Shown: positions 8,420 through 20,098 of the stretch, piece after piece | Layout: each line of letters starts with the position of its first letter | How positions within the stretch are numbered: the stretch's first letter is position 1 | Notes under the pieces: model-generated | Seen by the model: the letters and a program-made list of their open reading frames with translations, nothing else | The model's database searches: none | Told to the model about the DNA's origin: nothing | Assembly: GCA_964016885.1 (NCBI GenBank) | Contig: OZ024740.1 | Coordinates: forward strand, 423,398,001-423,462,000 | Direction: 5' to 3' | Source of the DNA: Eledone cirrhosa | Taxonomy: Eukaryota | Length of the DNA: 64,000 nt | Program-made: the position numbers and the translations under genes

Positions 8420-10330
8420 TTACTTACCTTCCGGGGTCTTGTGAAGGTCGGGTGGTTCGACCTCCATGGTTTGTGGGGTTTCTTTTGGGAACCCCTTTAA
8501 TAGTCTTGACGTGGGTTTTACGTTCGGGGTTCCCACATCCCGAGGAAAGCTCTTTCGAATTTCTTTGTATGAAGCGAGCGACATTCGCATCAGAAGCAAA
8601 TTATCTGGTACGCGAAATGTGCTCGCTTCAAATGTTTCCCCGTCTTTTTCGATGTTTGTGCTTCGTGCTACATGGGCCATCAATTCCTTGTTGGCCCTTC
8701 TGGCAAGCACGAAGTTTTTAATGTTTTGTTGCTCGGGTTTTATTTGTTCGTGTGATTGTGGTGGTGATAGCTTTGTTAGTGTTGTTTCTATTGTGTCTGC
8801 GTTTGTTGTGGGTGGGGTGTCTGTAGTTTCTGATGTTTGTGTGTCTATTTGTTCTTGTGTCTGTTTAGCTTGTTTGCGTTTGGGGGATTTTGGTGGTTGT
8901 GTTGGTGATGCTGTGGGGAAAATGTTTGTGTGGGTGGTGTGTGTATTTTCTTTTGTGGGGGTGTTTGTGCTTTGTGGATTTCTTTTTTTTTTGTGTTTTG
9001 TTTTTTGTATTTTGGGGGACTTTGGTTTTCCCTCATCTTCACTGCTGGAGGATGAGGGGTCTGTGGCTGTGAGCGTGTTTGTGTCTGAGTGAGTGTTTAT
9101 GTTCTTGTTCGTGTGTGTATTTTGGGGGGGAGGGGGAATGGGAGAGCTTTCCTCGTTTCCCCCCTGGGTGTGCAATTTTGGTGGTTCCATTGTTGACGGT
9201 GTTGCTGGTGGTCCTTGTCCCGGCGTCGCCAGCAGTGGAATCTTTCGACCCCTTGCGCTTTTCAGCAGTTGAGGGCAGAAGGCTCGCAAGTGTGTCGTTT
9301 CCCCACAAAGGAAACAATGCGGCCTTTTGCCCTCAGTCATTATATGCAACACCCTCCCGTTTTGGAGGCGGATGTGGTCCGGGATTGTTTTTACGTTTTC
9401 GGGTCTGATTTGGAGCAGTATCTCCAGATCAACCCCGGACCAGTCGTCCCTGGCAGTTCTCGTTGCCTCTACCGGGACTGTATCCGTTCCTTCCACGATT
9501 ACGCAACCCAGGAGCCACCACATATCAAGTCCTGGTGGAATCCTGGGAATGCGCACACGTGCTATTCGTTTTCCCATGTGGGAGGGGTACATTATGACCT
9601 TGCTGGTTTTGCAAGGGGTCATTGAATGCTTCACAGCGAGGGCTTCAGACTTGAACAGCACCGAAACGGTGCCGTATTGCCTGCCCCTCTCTATGAAGTC
9701 TGTGTCCTCTCTGATGTATTTCAGTGCGGCTTCTATGTCAGCTTGGGCGATTATCGCTGCCCTCTTTGTCTCTACTGAGATGCATCTGAAATGCACCGTT
9801 CTTTTTTCCACTGCCTCAATGGCTTCTGCCGGGACAGTTAAGTTTGCCCAGGTCTGCTCTTGATTTATGATTTTCCAGGCCTGGGCCAACTTTTCCTCTC
9901 TGTTGGTTAAGTCGATGCTGTAGCATGGTCTCCTTTTAGCCGCTGCCACAGCAGCGAAAGTGTTCTTGTTGGTGTTGTCACTGTTGTTGTTCTTGTTGGT
10001 GTTGCTGCTGCTATTGCTGTTGTTGTTCTCCCCTGTGTCGTGGTTACCTTCTGTGCTGTTGGCCTTGTTGGTGCTGCTGCTGTCGCTACTATTACTCTCT
10101 GTGCTGTTCGTTTTGTTGGTGCTCTCGCTATTACCACCTTCTGCGCTGTTCGGCTTGTTGGTGTTGGTGTTGTCGTTGTTACCACCTTCCGCGCCGCTCG
10201 GCCCGTTGGTGCTGGCACTGTCGCTGCTCACATTCGTGCTGGTGGCGCTCCTCGCCTCACCTCTCCTCTCAACGCTCAAGTCGCCGTTGCACGACAGCAG
10301 ACCCGCCTCTAGGGGGCGTGGCTCCGCCAT
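8420..10330 (-). CDS. Tx1-like ORF1, copy 2
   Basis: As copy 1; CCHC knuckle intact. Confidence 0.9.
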   Translation of the reverse strand: MAEPRPLEAGLLSCNGDLSVERRGEARSATSTNVSSDSASTNGPSGAEGGNNDNTNTNKPNSAEGGNSESTNKTNSTESNSSDSSSTNKANSTEGNHDTGENNNSNSSSNTNKNNNSDNTNKNTFAAVAAAKRRPCYSIDLTNREEKLAQAWKIINQEQTWANLTVPAEAIEAVEKRTVHFRCISVETKRAAIIAQADIEAALKYIREDTDFIERGRQYGTVSVLFKSEALAVKHSMTPCKTSKVIMYPSHMGKRIARVRIPRIPPGLDMWWLLGCVIVEGTDTVPVEATRTARDDWSGVDLEILLQIRPENVKTIPDHIRLQNGRVLHIMTEGKRPHCFLCGETTHLRAFCPQLLKSARGRKIPLLATPGQGPPATPSTMEPPKLHTQGGNEESSPIPPPPQNTHTNKNINTHSDTNTLTATDPSSSSSEDEGKPKSPKIQKTKHKKKRNPQSTNTPTKENTHTTHTNIFPTASPTQPPKSPKRKQAKQTQEQIDTQTSETTDTPPTTNADTIETTLTKLSPPQSHEQIKPEQQNIKNFVLARRANKELMAHVARSTNIEKDGETFEASTFRVPDNLLLMRMSLASYKEIRKSFPRDVGTPNVKPTSRLLKGFPKETPQTMEVEPPDLHKTPEGK

Positions 10331-10810
10331 GTTTTTTTTGAGAAAAAAATTATGATTTTTTTCAAAATAAAGTTCAAATATTTGGGCCAAAAGGCCCAAA
10401 TATTATGAGTTATTCCTTCACAGGATACAAATTAATGTCTTATAATGCTTCAGCGGTACAAAAAATAAACAATTCTCTACAATTAATCCTCAAAAAATTG
10501 CTTACTCACGGAGCTTCAAAAAACGTACATCCACTTTCGTCAATAATAATAATAATGATTTCATTTATTGGCCACAAGGGCCGACATATAGGGGACAACA
10601 CAATAGACAGGGACAGTGGGGGTTTACATAGAGATCGAGTAAGTATAAATAACAAAAAAAACAAAATAACAATAAAAATACAACAATGAAAGTTCCCCAA
10701 TAAGAGGGATCACCACCCAGGGTTGACTCAAGCACCCCACCAGTCCTGAGCCACCCGACGCTCCTAGGGCACCCGGGAAGGGCACCCCTCTCCTTCTCGA
10801 ATTCACCAGC

Positions 10811-13800
10811 CTACAGGCGCATGATCAGAGTAGGCCCACTCACGCGGGCCATTCTCGCCACATTCACCCACCTTTCAGTAAATGTACTGGGGGGCAGCAC
10901 TTCTCTCTCCACCCTCACCTTCCTTTCCAAGTGAAACTTGAAGAAGTTGATGAGGGATTGGCCGAAGAGAAAAGTGTCTGTCTTCAGTCCTTTCAACCTG
11001 GTCCACCATGCAACCTCTTTCGCTACTGCCACCAGGCAGAGGAAAATTGCCTGCCCTTCCTGACCAAAAGAAGGCGGCGGGTCAATCTTCACTATGGACT
11101 CGGACGATAGCCGGATCCGTTCTACACGCGACAATAGCTGTTCGACATAACCCCACAAGTCAGCAATGCACGGACACTGGACGAGTGCGTGCAGAACGGT
11201 TTCGTCGCTCTGCGCGCATCTCGGGCAGGTTCGTCTGACAGCACTTCCGTGCCTGTAGAGTTTATCCCGAACCGGCAGCGCCCCCCGGTAGCACTGCCAA
11301 GCGAGGGATTTCTGGAAGTTATCCATCGTCCCCGGCTCGAAAGTCCTCCGGAACATACTGGTCAGTTCTACTTCGTTGACGCCCAGAGCCTCTCCTAGTA
11401 CGTCATCGCACTTGCCCTCCACTAATCCTCTATAGAAATCTTGAGTGGAAGTTCCACTGACCGCATTGCCCACCTTGCAGAGTGCAGTGAGCGCCTGGCA
11501 ACATTCCAGATGCCAGTCGCCCAGTCTCGGTCTCTTCTTGACCCAGGACTGCAGCTCAGTCAAAGAGATGAGCTGCGGAAAGGCCCGTCTAACAAACGGC
11601 GACCACACCTGTTCACCGTTTAGGCAAAATATCTGGAGATGTCGCAGCCTCAGCGCATGTCTGCGCATCATTAGCCACGGCATGCCCAGCCCTCCACGAA
11701 GAGGGTGCTGGCAGCAGATGGACCGCCTCACCAACGGGACCCGTCCCCTCCACAAAAATTTGAAAAGGAGCCGTTCCAAATTGGCGAGGCGTGGACGGGG
11801 GCAAGGCACGACGGTCAGGCGGTAGTAGATGACGGACGCGATGTACGCGTTCGCCACCTCCGCCCGCCCTTTCAGTGATAGCTTTCTCTCAGCCCATTTC
11901 TGGGTGAGGTTGGCTATCCTGCTCGTCACCTCGTCCCAATTCTTATCCACCTGGAGGTCTGGTCCGAACCAAACCCCGAGCAACTTTACCGGTCCGTCTG
12001 TCCAGCGCCCAACGACGCTGTTGGACGGCATGGACTTGCCTCTCCAGGTGCCGAGCTGCAAGCCCACCGACTTTTCCGGGTTAAGTTTTGCTCCCGTCAA
12101 CCTTTCATATTCCTCCAAATGGGTGCGGATCACCTCGATTTCCGAGGTGTCCGACACCATCACGGTGATGTCGTCCGCATAAGCGGACGCAGCCTTTCTG
12201 CGTCCCGGTTCGAGCGGGATGCCCTGCAACAACTCCAGCTTCCGCAGTAGAGGCTCAAGAGTCAATACGTACAGAAGTGAGGAGAGAGGGCACCCTTGAC
12301 GGACCGATCGAGAGATCTGAAACGGTTCCGAGAGGTGGCCATTAACTTTGACCACCGAGCGGATGCCGCTGTACATTGCAGCGATCCAGCTTCTGAAGAC
12401 GGGGCCGAAGCCAGCCGCCTCGAGGACAGCCTCCAAGTACCGATGGTCGACCCTATCGAATGCTTTCGATTGATCTAAATTGATCAGAGCCCCACCGAAG
12501 CCAGGTTTGCACCCAACCCTCTCTATGATGTATCGCATGAGGTGGAGGTTGTCGTGTATGGACCTGGTCGGGATTGCGCAAGTTTGCGCCTCCCCAACCA
12601 AATCTTTGACGACAAGCGCCAACCTTTTCGCTAACACCTTGGCCAAAATCTTAAACTCTGTGTTGAGCAGGGTTATGGGCCTGAAATTATCTAGTGTGTC
12701 CCTCTTGTTCTCGTCTTTCCTTATCAGCGTCACTACGCCACGGCTCACAGAACTGGGAATGCTCCCGTTCTGCTGCCAGTTGCAGTAGAGCGCTTCGAGG
12801 AGATCGGAGAACAAGTCTGGCATATTTACGTAAAGCTCGTAGGGCAGACCATCCAAACCGGGTGACTTGCGACTCGAGCAGCCGACAAGGGCGTCCTGAA
12901 TTTCGGCTGATGTTATCGGCTCTTCGCAGCGCTCAGCGTCGGCCGTCGAGAGGCGTGGCAAGCCGTCGAGGTAGGGACTGAAGTCCGCCGCCGTCTCCGA
13001 CTCACCCATCCTCCCGAACAATCGAGCAAAGTGCTGGCGAAAGGCCTCACACATCCGCTTGGAATCGCTCAGTTCGTGTCCATCTCGATCCGTCAAAGAC
13101 CGAATTGTGGTTTTATTTCCACGCTGCGTCTCTGCAAAGCGAGCCCATCGGGCAGCTTTGGTTCCCTCGTTCCTCAGAGCACGCGCCTTAGCTCTGACAA
13201 TGCAACCTTCGTGTTTCGCATTGAAGAAATGGTCTAGTGCCATTCTCGCCGCTAGCACGTCTGTTGCAATGCCACTACAAATAGCCTCGTCTAACTTAGC
13301 TATCAGCCCCTCCTCCTTTCTATTTTTCTCTATTGCTACTTCTTTGCTAAATCCTATCGAGGTTGCTCTAATCTCTCTTTTGAGTGCCCCCCACCACCTG
13401 TTGTTGACAACCCCCCCTGTCAACTTTTGCTTAACTAAGTTGTTGACCCGGTCCCTGTAAGCTTTACGTGCCGGAAACGACATGTTTAGCTTCCAGTAGC
13501 TAGGTCCTAACCTACGTGTCTTATCTAGGTCGACCATACAGATCACAAGCTTGTGATCTGAATAGGCAACCGTTTTAAAATGTGGACATCCTACACTATT
13601 TCTATCTCTTTTCCTAATGAAAATCCTATCTATGTACGATCTAGATGACCCTATGCGATTGGTCCAGGTCCATACTGGCGCATTAGGGAAATCTAGTCGG
13701 TACCTGTCAGACAGTTGAAACTGGCTGATCAGGTACTTGAGGCTTTTGCACCCCCCGCTCCTATCAGATACTCCCACACAATCCCAGCGTGCTTCTAAGA

Positions 13801-14230
13801 TGCCATTCCAATCCCCTATTAACAGTAAAGGGCGAGACGTAAGCAGAAAGTTTTCCAGGCGCCTAAAGAAGTCCGGCCGACCGGCCCCAGTAGGGGCGTA
13901 GACGGCCACCAGTCTAAAGGCACCACCTTCGCTATTGCTCACGTCCAGGACCACCAACTTTCCGTCAGGATCCCGGAAGATTGACCTTACCTCGAGATCC
14001 AGACATTTCCTAAACAGCACAGCCACTCCACCTCCCATTCCCGGCCGACTAACAGATGCAAAGATCTGATAATCGTCGAAAATCGGCGCCAGTGCGCGTG
14101 TGTCGGAAATTCTGGTCTCGCTGATGGCAATTACATCCATTCCTAGTGACCTGAGGTCGTTGAGCAAGTGACCTTGCTTCCAGGGCGACCCCAGGCCACG
14201 AACATTTAAACTTCCTACTCTTATGGCCAT
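10811..14230 (-). CDS. Tx1-like ORF2, copy 3
   Basis: 1139 aa, translation identical to copy 2. Confidence 0.97.
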   Translation of the reverse strand: MAIRVGSLNVRGLGSPWKQGHLLNDLRSLGMDVIAISETRISDTRALAPIFDDYQIFASVSRPGMGGGVAVLFRKCLDLEVRSIFRDPDGKLVVLDVSNSEGGAFRLVAVYAPTGAGRPDFFRRLENFLLTSRPLLLIGDWNGILEARWDCVGVSDRSGGCKSLKYLISQFQLSDRYRLDFPNAPVWTWTNRIGSSRSYIDRIFIRKRDRNSVGCPHFKTVAYSDHKLVICMVDLDKTRRLGPSYWKLNMSFPARKAYRDRVNNLVKQKLTGGVVNNRWWGALKREIRATSIGFSKEVAIEKNRKEEGLIAKLDEAICSGIATDVLAARMALDHFFNAKHEGCIVRAKARALRNEGTKAARWARFAETQRGNKTTIRSLTDRDGHELSDSKRMCEAFRQHFARLFGRMGESETAADFSPYLDGLPRLSTADAERCEEPITSAEIQDALVGCSSRKSPGLDGLPYELYVNMPDLFSDLLEALYCNWQQNGSIPSSVSRGVVTLIRKDENKRDTLDNFRPITLLNTEFKILAKVLAKRLALVVKDLVGEAQTCAIPTRSIHDNLHLMRYIIERVGCKPGFGGALINLDQSKAFDRVDHRYLEAVLEAAGFGPVFRSWIAAMYSGIRSVVKVNGHLSEPFQISRSVRQGCPLSSLLYVLTLEPLLRKLELLQGIPLEPGRRKAASAYADDITVMVSDTSEIEVIRTHLEEYERLTGAKLNPEKSVGLQLGTWRGKSMPSNSVVGRWTDGPVKLLGVWFGPDLQVDKNWDEVTSRIANLTQKWAERKLSLKGRAEVANAYIASVIYYRLTVVPCPRPRLANLERLLFKFLWRGRVPLVRRSICCQHPLRGGLGMPWLMMRRHALRLRHLQIFCLNGEQVWSPFVRRAFPQLISLTELQSWVKKRPRLGDWHLECCQALTALCKVGNAVSGTSTQDFYRGLVEGKCDDVLGEALGVNEVELTSMFRRTFEPGTMDNFQKSLAWQCYRGALPVRDKLYRHGSAVRRTCPRCAQSDETVLHALVQCPCIADLWGYVEQLLSRVERIRLSSESIVKIDPPPSFGQEGQAIFLCLVAVAKEVAWWTRLKGLKTDTFLFGQSLINFFKFHLERKVRVEREVLPPSTFTERWVNVARMARVSGPTLIMRL

Positions 14231-14259
14231 GCTGGCAGGATGAATGGGAGAGGAAAGGT

Positions 14260-16170
14260 TTACTTACCTTCCGGGGTCTTGTGAAGGTCGGGTGGTTCGA
14301 CCTCCATGGTTTGTGGGGTTTCTTTTGGGAACCCCTTTAATAGTCTTGACGTGGGTTTTACGTTCGGGGTTCCCACATCCCGAGGAAAGCTCTTTCGAAT
14401 TTCTTTGTATGAAGCGAGCGACATTCGCATCAGAAGCAAATTATCTGGTACGCGAAATGTGCTCGCTTCAAATGTTTCCCCGTCTTTTTCGATGTTTGTG
14501 CTTCGTGCTACATGGGCCATCAATTCCTTGTTGGCCCTTCTGGCAAGCACGAAGTTTTTAATGTTTTGTTGCTCGGGTTTTATTTGTTCGTGTGATTGTG
14601 GTGGTGATAGCTTTGTTAGTGTTGTTTCTATTGTGTCTGCGTTTGTTGTGGGTGGGGTGTCTGTAGTTTCTGATGTTTGTGTGTCTATTTGTTCTTGTGT
14701 CTGTTTAGCTTGTTTGCGTTTGGGGGATTTTGGTGGTTGTGTTGGTGATGCTGTGGGGAAAATGTTTGTGTGGGTGGTGTGTGTATTTTCTTTTGTGGGG
14801 GTGTTTGTGCTTTGTGGATTTCTTTTTTTTTTGTGTTTTGTTTTTTGTATTTTGGGGGACTTTGGTTTTCCCTCATCTTCACTGCTGGAGGATGAGGGGT
14901 CTGTGGCTGTGAGCGTGTTTGTGTCTGAGTGAGTGTTTATGTTCTTGTTCGTGTGTGTATTTTGGGGGGGAGGGGGAATGGGAGAGCTTTCCTCGTTTCC
15001 CCCCTGGGTGTGCAATTTTGGTGGTTCCATTGTTGACGGTGTTGCTGGTGGTCCTTGTCCCGGCGTCGCCAGCAGTGGAATCTTTCGACCCCTTGCGCTT
15101 TTCAGCAGTTGAGGGCAGAAGGCTCGCAAGTGTGTCGTTTCCCCACAAAGGAAACAATGCGGCCTTTTGCCCTCAGTCATTATATGCAACACCCTCCCGT
15201 TTTGGAGGCGGATGTGGTCCGGGATTGTTTTTACGTTTTCGGGTCTGATTTGGAGCAGTATCTCCAGATCAACCCCGGACCAGTCGTCCCTGGCAGTTCT
15301 CGTTGCCTCTACCGGGACTGTATCCGTTCCTTCCACGATTACGCAACCCAGGAGCCACCACATATCAAGTCCTGGTGGAATCCTGGGAATGCGCACACGT
15401 GCTATTCGTTTTCCCATGTGGGAGGGGTACATTATGACCTTGCTGGTTTTGCAAGGGGTCATTGAATGCTTCACAGCGAGGGCTTCAGACTTGAACAGCA
15501 CCGAAACGGTGCCGTATTGCCTGCCCCTCTCTATGAAGTCTGTGTCCTCTCTGATGTATTTCAGTGCGGCTTCTATGTCAGCTTGGGCGATTATCGCTGC
15601 CCTCTTTGTCTCTACTGAGATGCATCTGAAATGCACCGTTCTTTTTTCCACTGCCTCAATGGCTTCTGCCGGGACAGTTAAGTTTGCCCAGGTCTGCTCT
15701 TGATTTATGATTTTCCAGGCCTGGGCCAACTTTTCCTCTCTGTTGGTTAAGTCGATGCTGTAGCATGGTCTCCTTTTAGCCGCTGCCACAGCAGCGAAAG
15801 TGTTCTTGTTGGTGTTGTCACTGTTGTTGTTCTTGTTGGTGTTGCTGCTGCTATTGCTGTTGTTGTTCTCCCCTGTGTCGTGGTTACCTTCTGTGCTGTT
15901 GGCCTTGTTGGTGCTGCTGCTGTCGCTACTATTACTCTCTGTGCTGTTCGTTTTGTTGGTGCTCTCGCTATTACCACCTTCTGCGCTGTTCGGCTTGTTG
16001 GTGTTGGTGTTGTCGTTGTTACCACCTTCCGCGCCGCTCGGCCCGTTGGTGCTGGCACTGTCGCTGCTCACATTCGTGCTGGTGGCGCTCCTCGCCTCAC
16101 CTCTCCTCTCAACGCTCAAGTCGCCGTTGCACGACAGCAGACCCGCCTCTAGGGGGCGTGGCTCCGCCAT
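14260..16170 (-). CDS. Tx1-like ORF1, copy 3
   Basis: Translation identical to copy 2. Confidence 0.9.
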   Translation of the reverse strand: MAEPRPLEAGLLSCNGDLSVERRGEARSATSTNVSSDSASTNGPSGAEGGNNDNTNTNKPNSAEGGNSESTNKTNSTESNSSDSSSTNKANSTEGNHDTGENNNSNSSSNTNKNNNSDNTNKNTFAAVAAAKRRPCYSIDLTNREEKLAQAWKIINQEQTWANLTVPAEAIEAVEKRTVHFRCISVETKRAAIIAQADIEAALKYIREDTDFIERGRQYGTVSVLFKSEALAVKHSMTPCKTSKVIMYPSHMGKRIARVRIPRIPPGLDMWWLLGCVIVEGTDTVPVEATRTARDDWSGVDLEILLQIRPENVKTIPDHIRLQNGRVLHIMTEGKRPHCFLCGETTHLRAFCPQLLKSARGRKIPLLATPGQGPPATPSTMEPPKLHTQGGNEESSPIPPPPQNTHTNKNINTHSDTNTLTATDPSSSSSEDEGKPKSPKIQKTKHKKKRNPQSTNTPTKENTHTTHTNIFPTASPTQPPKSPKRKQAKQTQEQIDTQTSETTDTPPTTNADTIETTLTKLSPPQSHEQIKPEQQNIKNFVLARRANKELMAHVARSTNIEKDGETFEASTFRVPDNLLLMRMSLASYKEIRKSFPRDVGTPNVKPTSRLLKGFPKETPQTMEVEPPDLHKTPEGK

Positions 16171-16649
16171 GTTTTTTTTGAGAAAAAAATTATGATTTTT
16201 TTCAAAATAAAGTTCAAATATTTGGGCCAAAAGGCCCAAATATTATGAGTTATTCCTTCACAGGATACAAATTAATGTCTTATAATGCTTCAGCGGTACA
16301 AAAAATAAACAATTCTCTACAATTAATCCTCAAAAAATTGCTTACTCACGGAGCTTCAAAAAACGTACATCCACTTTCGTCAATAATAATAATAATGATT
16401 TCATTTATTGGCCACAAGGGCCGACATATAGGGGACAACACAATAGACAGGGACAGTGGGGGTTTACATAGAGATCGAGTAAGTATAAATAACAAAAAAA
16501 CAAAATAACAATAAAAATACAACAATGAAAGTTCCACAATAAGAGGGATCACCACCCAGGGTTGACTCAAGCACCCCACCAGTCCTGAGCCACCCGACGC
16601 TCCTAGGGCACCCGGGAAGGGCACCCCTCTCCTTCTCGAATTCACCAGC

Positions 16650-19600
16650 CTACAGGCGCATGATCAGAGTAGGCCCACTCACGCGGGCCATTCTCGCCAC
16701 ATTCACCCACCTTTCAGTAAATGTACTGGGGGGCAGCACTTCTCTCTCCACCCTCACCTTCCTTTCCAAGTGAAACTTGAAGAAGTTGATGAGGGATTGG
16801 CCGAAGAGAAAAGTGTCTGTCTTCAGTCCTTTCAACCTGGTCCACCATGCAACCTCTTTCGCTACTGCCACCAGGCAGAGGAAAATTGCCTGCCCTTCCT
16901 GACCAAAAGAAGGCGGCGGGTCAATCTTCACTATGGACTCGGACGATAGCCGGATCCGTTCTACACGCGACAATAGCTGTTCGACATAACCCCACAAGTC
17001 AGCAATGCACGGACACTGGACGAGTGCGTGCAGAACGGTTTCGTCGCTCTGCGCGCATCTCGGGCAGGTTCGTCTGACAGCACTTCCGTGCCTGTAGAGT
17101 TTATCCCGAACCGGCAGCGCCCCCCGGTAGCACTGCCAAGCGAGGGATTTCTGGAAGTTATCCATCGTCCCCGGCTCGAAAGTCCTCCGGAACATACTGG
17201 TCAGTTCTACTTCGTTGACGCCCAGAGCCTCTCCTAGTACGTCATCGCACTTGCCCTCCACTAATCCTCTATAGAAATCTTGAGTGGAAGTTCCACTGAC
17301 CGCATTGCCCACCTTGCAGAGTGCAGTGAGCGCCTGGCAACATTCCAGATGCCAGTCGCCCAGTCTCGGTCTCTTCTTGACCCAGGACTGCAGCTCAGTC
17401 AAAGAGATGAGCTGCGGAAAGGCCCGTCTAACAAACGGCGACCACACCTGTTCACCGTTTAGGCAAAATATCTGGAGATGTCGCAGCCTCAGCGCATGTC
17501 TGCGCATCATTAGCCACGGCATGCCCAGCCCTCCACGAAGAGGGTGCTGGCAGCAGATGGACCGCCTCACCAACGGGACCCGTCCCCTCCACAAAAATTT
17601 GAAAAGGAGCCGTTCCAAATTGGCGAGGCGTGGACGGGGGCAAGGCACGACGGTCAGGCGGTAGTAGATGACGGACGCGATGTACGCGTTCGCCACCTCC
17701 GCCCGCCCTTTCAGTGATAGCTTTCTCTCAGCCCATTTCTGGGTGAGGTTGGCTATCCTGCTCGTCACCTCGTCCCAATTCTTATCCACCTGGAGGTCTG
17801 GTCCGAACCAAACCCCGAGCAACTTTACCGGTCCGTCTGTCCAGCGCCCAACGACGCTGTTGGACGGCATGGACTTGCCTCTCCAGGTGCCGAGCTGCAA
17901 GCCCACCGACTTTTCCGGGTTAAGTTTTGCTCCCGTCAACCTTTCATATTCCTCCAAATGGGTGCGGATCACCCCGATTTCCGAGGTGTCCGACACCATC
18001 ACGGTGATGTCGTCCGCATAAGCGGACGCAGCCTTTCTACGTCCCGGTTCGAGCGGGATGCCCTGCAACAACTCCAGCTTCCGCAGTAGAGGCTCAAGAG
18101 TCAATACGTACAGAAGTGAGGAGAGAGGGCACCCTTGACGGACCGATCGAGAGATCTGAAACGGTTCCGAGAGGTGGCCATTAACTTTGACCACCGAGCG
18201 GATGCCGCTGTACATTGCAGCGATCCAGCTTCTGAAGACGGGGCCGAAGCCAGCCGCCTCGAGGACAGCCTCCAAGTACCGATGGTCGACCCTATCGAAT
18301 GCTTTCGATTGATCTAAATTGATCAGAGCCCCACCGAAGCCAGGTTTGCACCCAACCCTCTCTATGATGTATCGCATGAGGTGGAGGTTGTCGTGTATGG
18401 ACCTGGTCGGGATTGCGCAAGTTTGCGCCTCCCCAACCAAATCTTTGACGACAAGCGCCAACCTTTTCGCTAACACCTTGGCCAAAATCTTAAACTCTGT
18501 GTTGAGCAGGGTTATGGGCCTGAAATTATCTAGTGTGTCCCTCTTGTTCTCGTCTTTCCTTATCAGCGTCACTACGCCACGGCTCACAGAACTGGGAATG
18601 CTCCCGTTCTGCTGCCAGTTGCAGTAGAGCGCTTCGAGGAGATCGGAGAACAAGTCTGGCATATTTACGTAAAGCTCGTAGGGCAGACCATCCAAACCGG
18701 GTGACTTGCGACTCGAGCAGCCGACAAGGGCGTCCTGAATTTCGGCTGATGTTATCGGCTCTTCGCAGCGCTCAGCGTCGGCCGTCGAGAGGCGTGGCAA
18801 GCCGTCGAGGTAGGGACTGAAGTCCGCCGCCGTCTCCGACTCACCCATCCTCCCGAACAATCGAGCAAAGTGCTGGCGAAAGGCCTCACACATCCGCTTG
18901 GAATCGCTCAGTTCGTGTCCATCTCGATCCGTCAAAGACCGAATTGTGGTTTTATTTCCACGCTGCGTCTCTGCAAAGCGAGCCCATCGGGCAGCTTTGG
19001 TTCCCTCGTTCCTCAGAGCACGCGCCTTAGCTCTGACAATGCAACCTTCGTGTTTCGCATTGAAGAAATGGTCTAGTGCCATTCTCGCCGCTAGCACGTC
19101 TGTTGCAATGCCACTACAAATAGCCTCGTCTAACTTAGCTATCAGCCCCTCCTCCTTTCTATTTTTCTCTATTGCTACTTCTTTGCTAAATCCTATCGAG
19201 GTTGCTCTAATCTCTCTTTTGAGTGCCCCCCACCACCTGTTGTTGACAACCCCCCCTGTCAACTTTTGCTTAACTAAGTTGTTGACCCGGTCCCTGTAAG
19301 CTTTACGTGCCGGAAACGACATGTTTAGCTTCCAGTAGCTAGGTCCTAACCTACGTGTCTTATCTAGGTCGACCATACAGATCACAAGCTTGTGATCTGA
19401 ATAGGCAACCGTTTTAAAATGTGGACATCCTACACTATTTCTATCTCTTTTCCTAATGAAAATCCTATCTATGTACGATCTAGATGACCCTATGCGATTG
19501 GTCCAGGTCCATACTGGCGCATTAGGGAAATCTAGTCGGTACCTGTCAGACAGTTGAAACTGGCTGATCAGGTACTTGAGGCTTTTGCACCCCCCGCTCC

Positions 19601-20069
19601 TATCAGATACTCCCACACAATCCCAGCGTGCTTCTAAGATGCCATTCCAATCCCCTATTAACAGTAAAGGGCGAGACGTAAGCAGAAAGTTTTCCAGGCG
19701 CCTAAAGAAGTCCGGCCGACCGGCCCCAGTAGGGGCGTAGACGGCCACCAGTCTAAAGGCACCACCTTCGCTATTGCTCACGTCCAGGACCACCAACTTT
19801 CCGTCAGGATCCCGGAAGATTGACCTTACCTCGAGATCCAGACATTTCCTAAACAGCACAGCCACTCCACCTCCCATTCCCGGCCGACTAACAGATGCAA
19901 AGATCTGATAATCGTCGAAAATCGGCGCCAGTGCGCGTGTGTCGGAAATTCTGGTCTCGCTGATGGCAATTACATCCATTCCTAGTGACCTGAGGTCGTT
20001 GAGCAAGTGACCTTGCTTCCAGGGCGACCCCAGGCCACGAACATTTAAACTTCCTACTCTTATGGCCAT
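16650..20069 (-). CDS. Tx1-like ORF2, copy 4
   Basis: 1139 aa; one E->G change (SEIGV) just after YADD. Confidence 0.97.
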   Translation of the reverse strand: MAIRVGSLNVRGLGSPWKQGHLLNDLRSLGMDVIAISETRISDTRALAPIFDDYQIFASVSRPGMGGGVAVLFRKCLDLEVRSIFRDPDGKLVVLDVSNSEGGAFRLVAVYAPTGAGRPDFFRRLENFLLTSRPLLLIGDWNGILEARWDCVGVSDRSGGCKSLKYLISQFQLSDRYRLDFPNAPVWTWTNRIGSSRSYIDRIFIRKRDRNSVGCPHFKTVAYSDHKLVICMVDLDKTRRLGPSYWKLNMSFPARKAYRDRVNNLVKQKLTGGVVNNRWWGALKREIRATSIGFSKEVAIEKNRKEEGLIAKLDEAICSGIATDVLAARMALDHFFNAKHEGCIVRAKARALRNEGTKAARWARFAETQRGNKTTIRSLTDRDGHELSDSKRMCEAFRQHFARLFGRMGESETAADFSPYLDGLPRLSTADAERCEEPITSAEIQDALVGCSSRKSPGLDGLPYELYVNMPDLFSDLLEALYCNWQQNGSIPSSVSRGVVTLIRKDENKRDTLDNFRPITLLNTEFKILAKVLAKRLALVVKDLVGEAQTCAIPTRSIHDNLHLMRYIIERVGCKPGFGGALINLDQSKAFDRVDHRYLEAVLEAAGFGPVFRSWIAAMYSGIRSVVKVNGHLSEPFQISRSVRQGCPLSSLLYVLTLEPLLRKLELLQGIPLEPGRRKAASAYADDITVMVSDTSEIGVIRTHLEEYERLTGAKLNPEKSVGLQLGTWRGKSMPSNSVVGRWTDGPVKLLGVWFGPDLQVDKNWDEVTSRIANLTQKWAERKLSLKGRAEVANAYIASVIYYRLTVVPCPRPRLANLERLLFKFLWRGRVPLVRRSICCQHPLRGGLGMPWLMMRRHALRLRHLQIFCLNGEQVWSPFVRRAFPQLISLTELQSWVKKRPRLGDWHLECCQALTALCKVGNAVSGTSTQDFYRGLVEGKCDDVLGEALGVNEVELTSMFRRTFEPGTMDNFQKSLAWQCYRGALPVRDKLYRHGSAVRRTCPRCAQSDETVLHALVQCPCIADLWGYVEQLLSRVERIRLSSESIVKIDPPPSFGQEGQAIFLCLVAVAKEVAWWTRLKGLKTDTFLFGQSLINFFKFHLERKVRVEREVLPPSTFTERWVNVARMARVSGPTLIMRL

Positions 20070-20098
20070 GCTGGCAGGATGAATGGGAGAGGAAAGGT

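Larger units (their letters stand above)
4717..10541 (-). mobile_element. Tx1-like element copy 2, full length
   Basis: 5'UTR-ORF1-29-nt spacer-ORF2-3'UTR with AATAAA; both ORFs open. Confidence 0.97.
10557..16381 (-). mobile_element. Tx1-like element copy 3, full length
   Basis: No differences from copy 2 noticed by eye; identical translations. Confidence 0.97.
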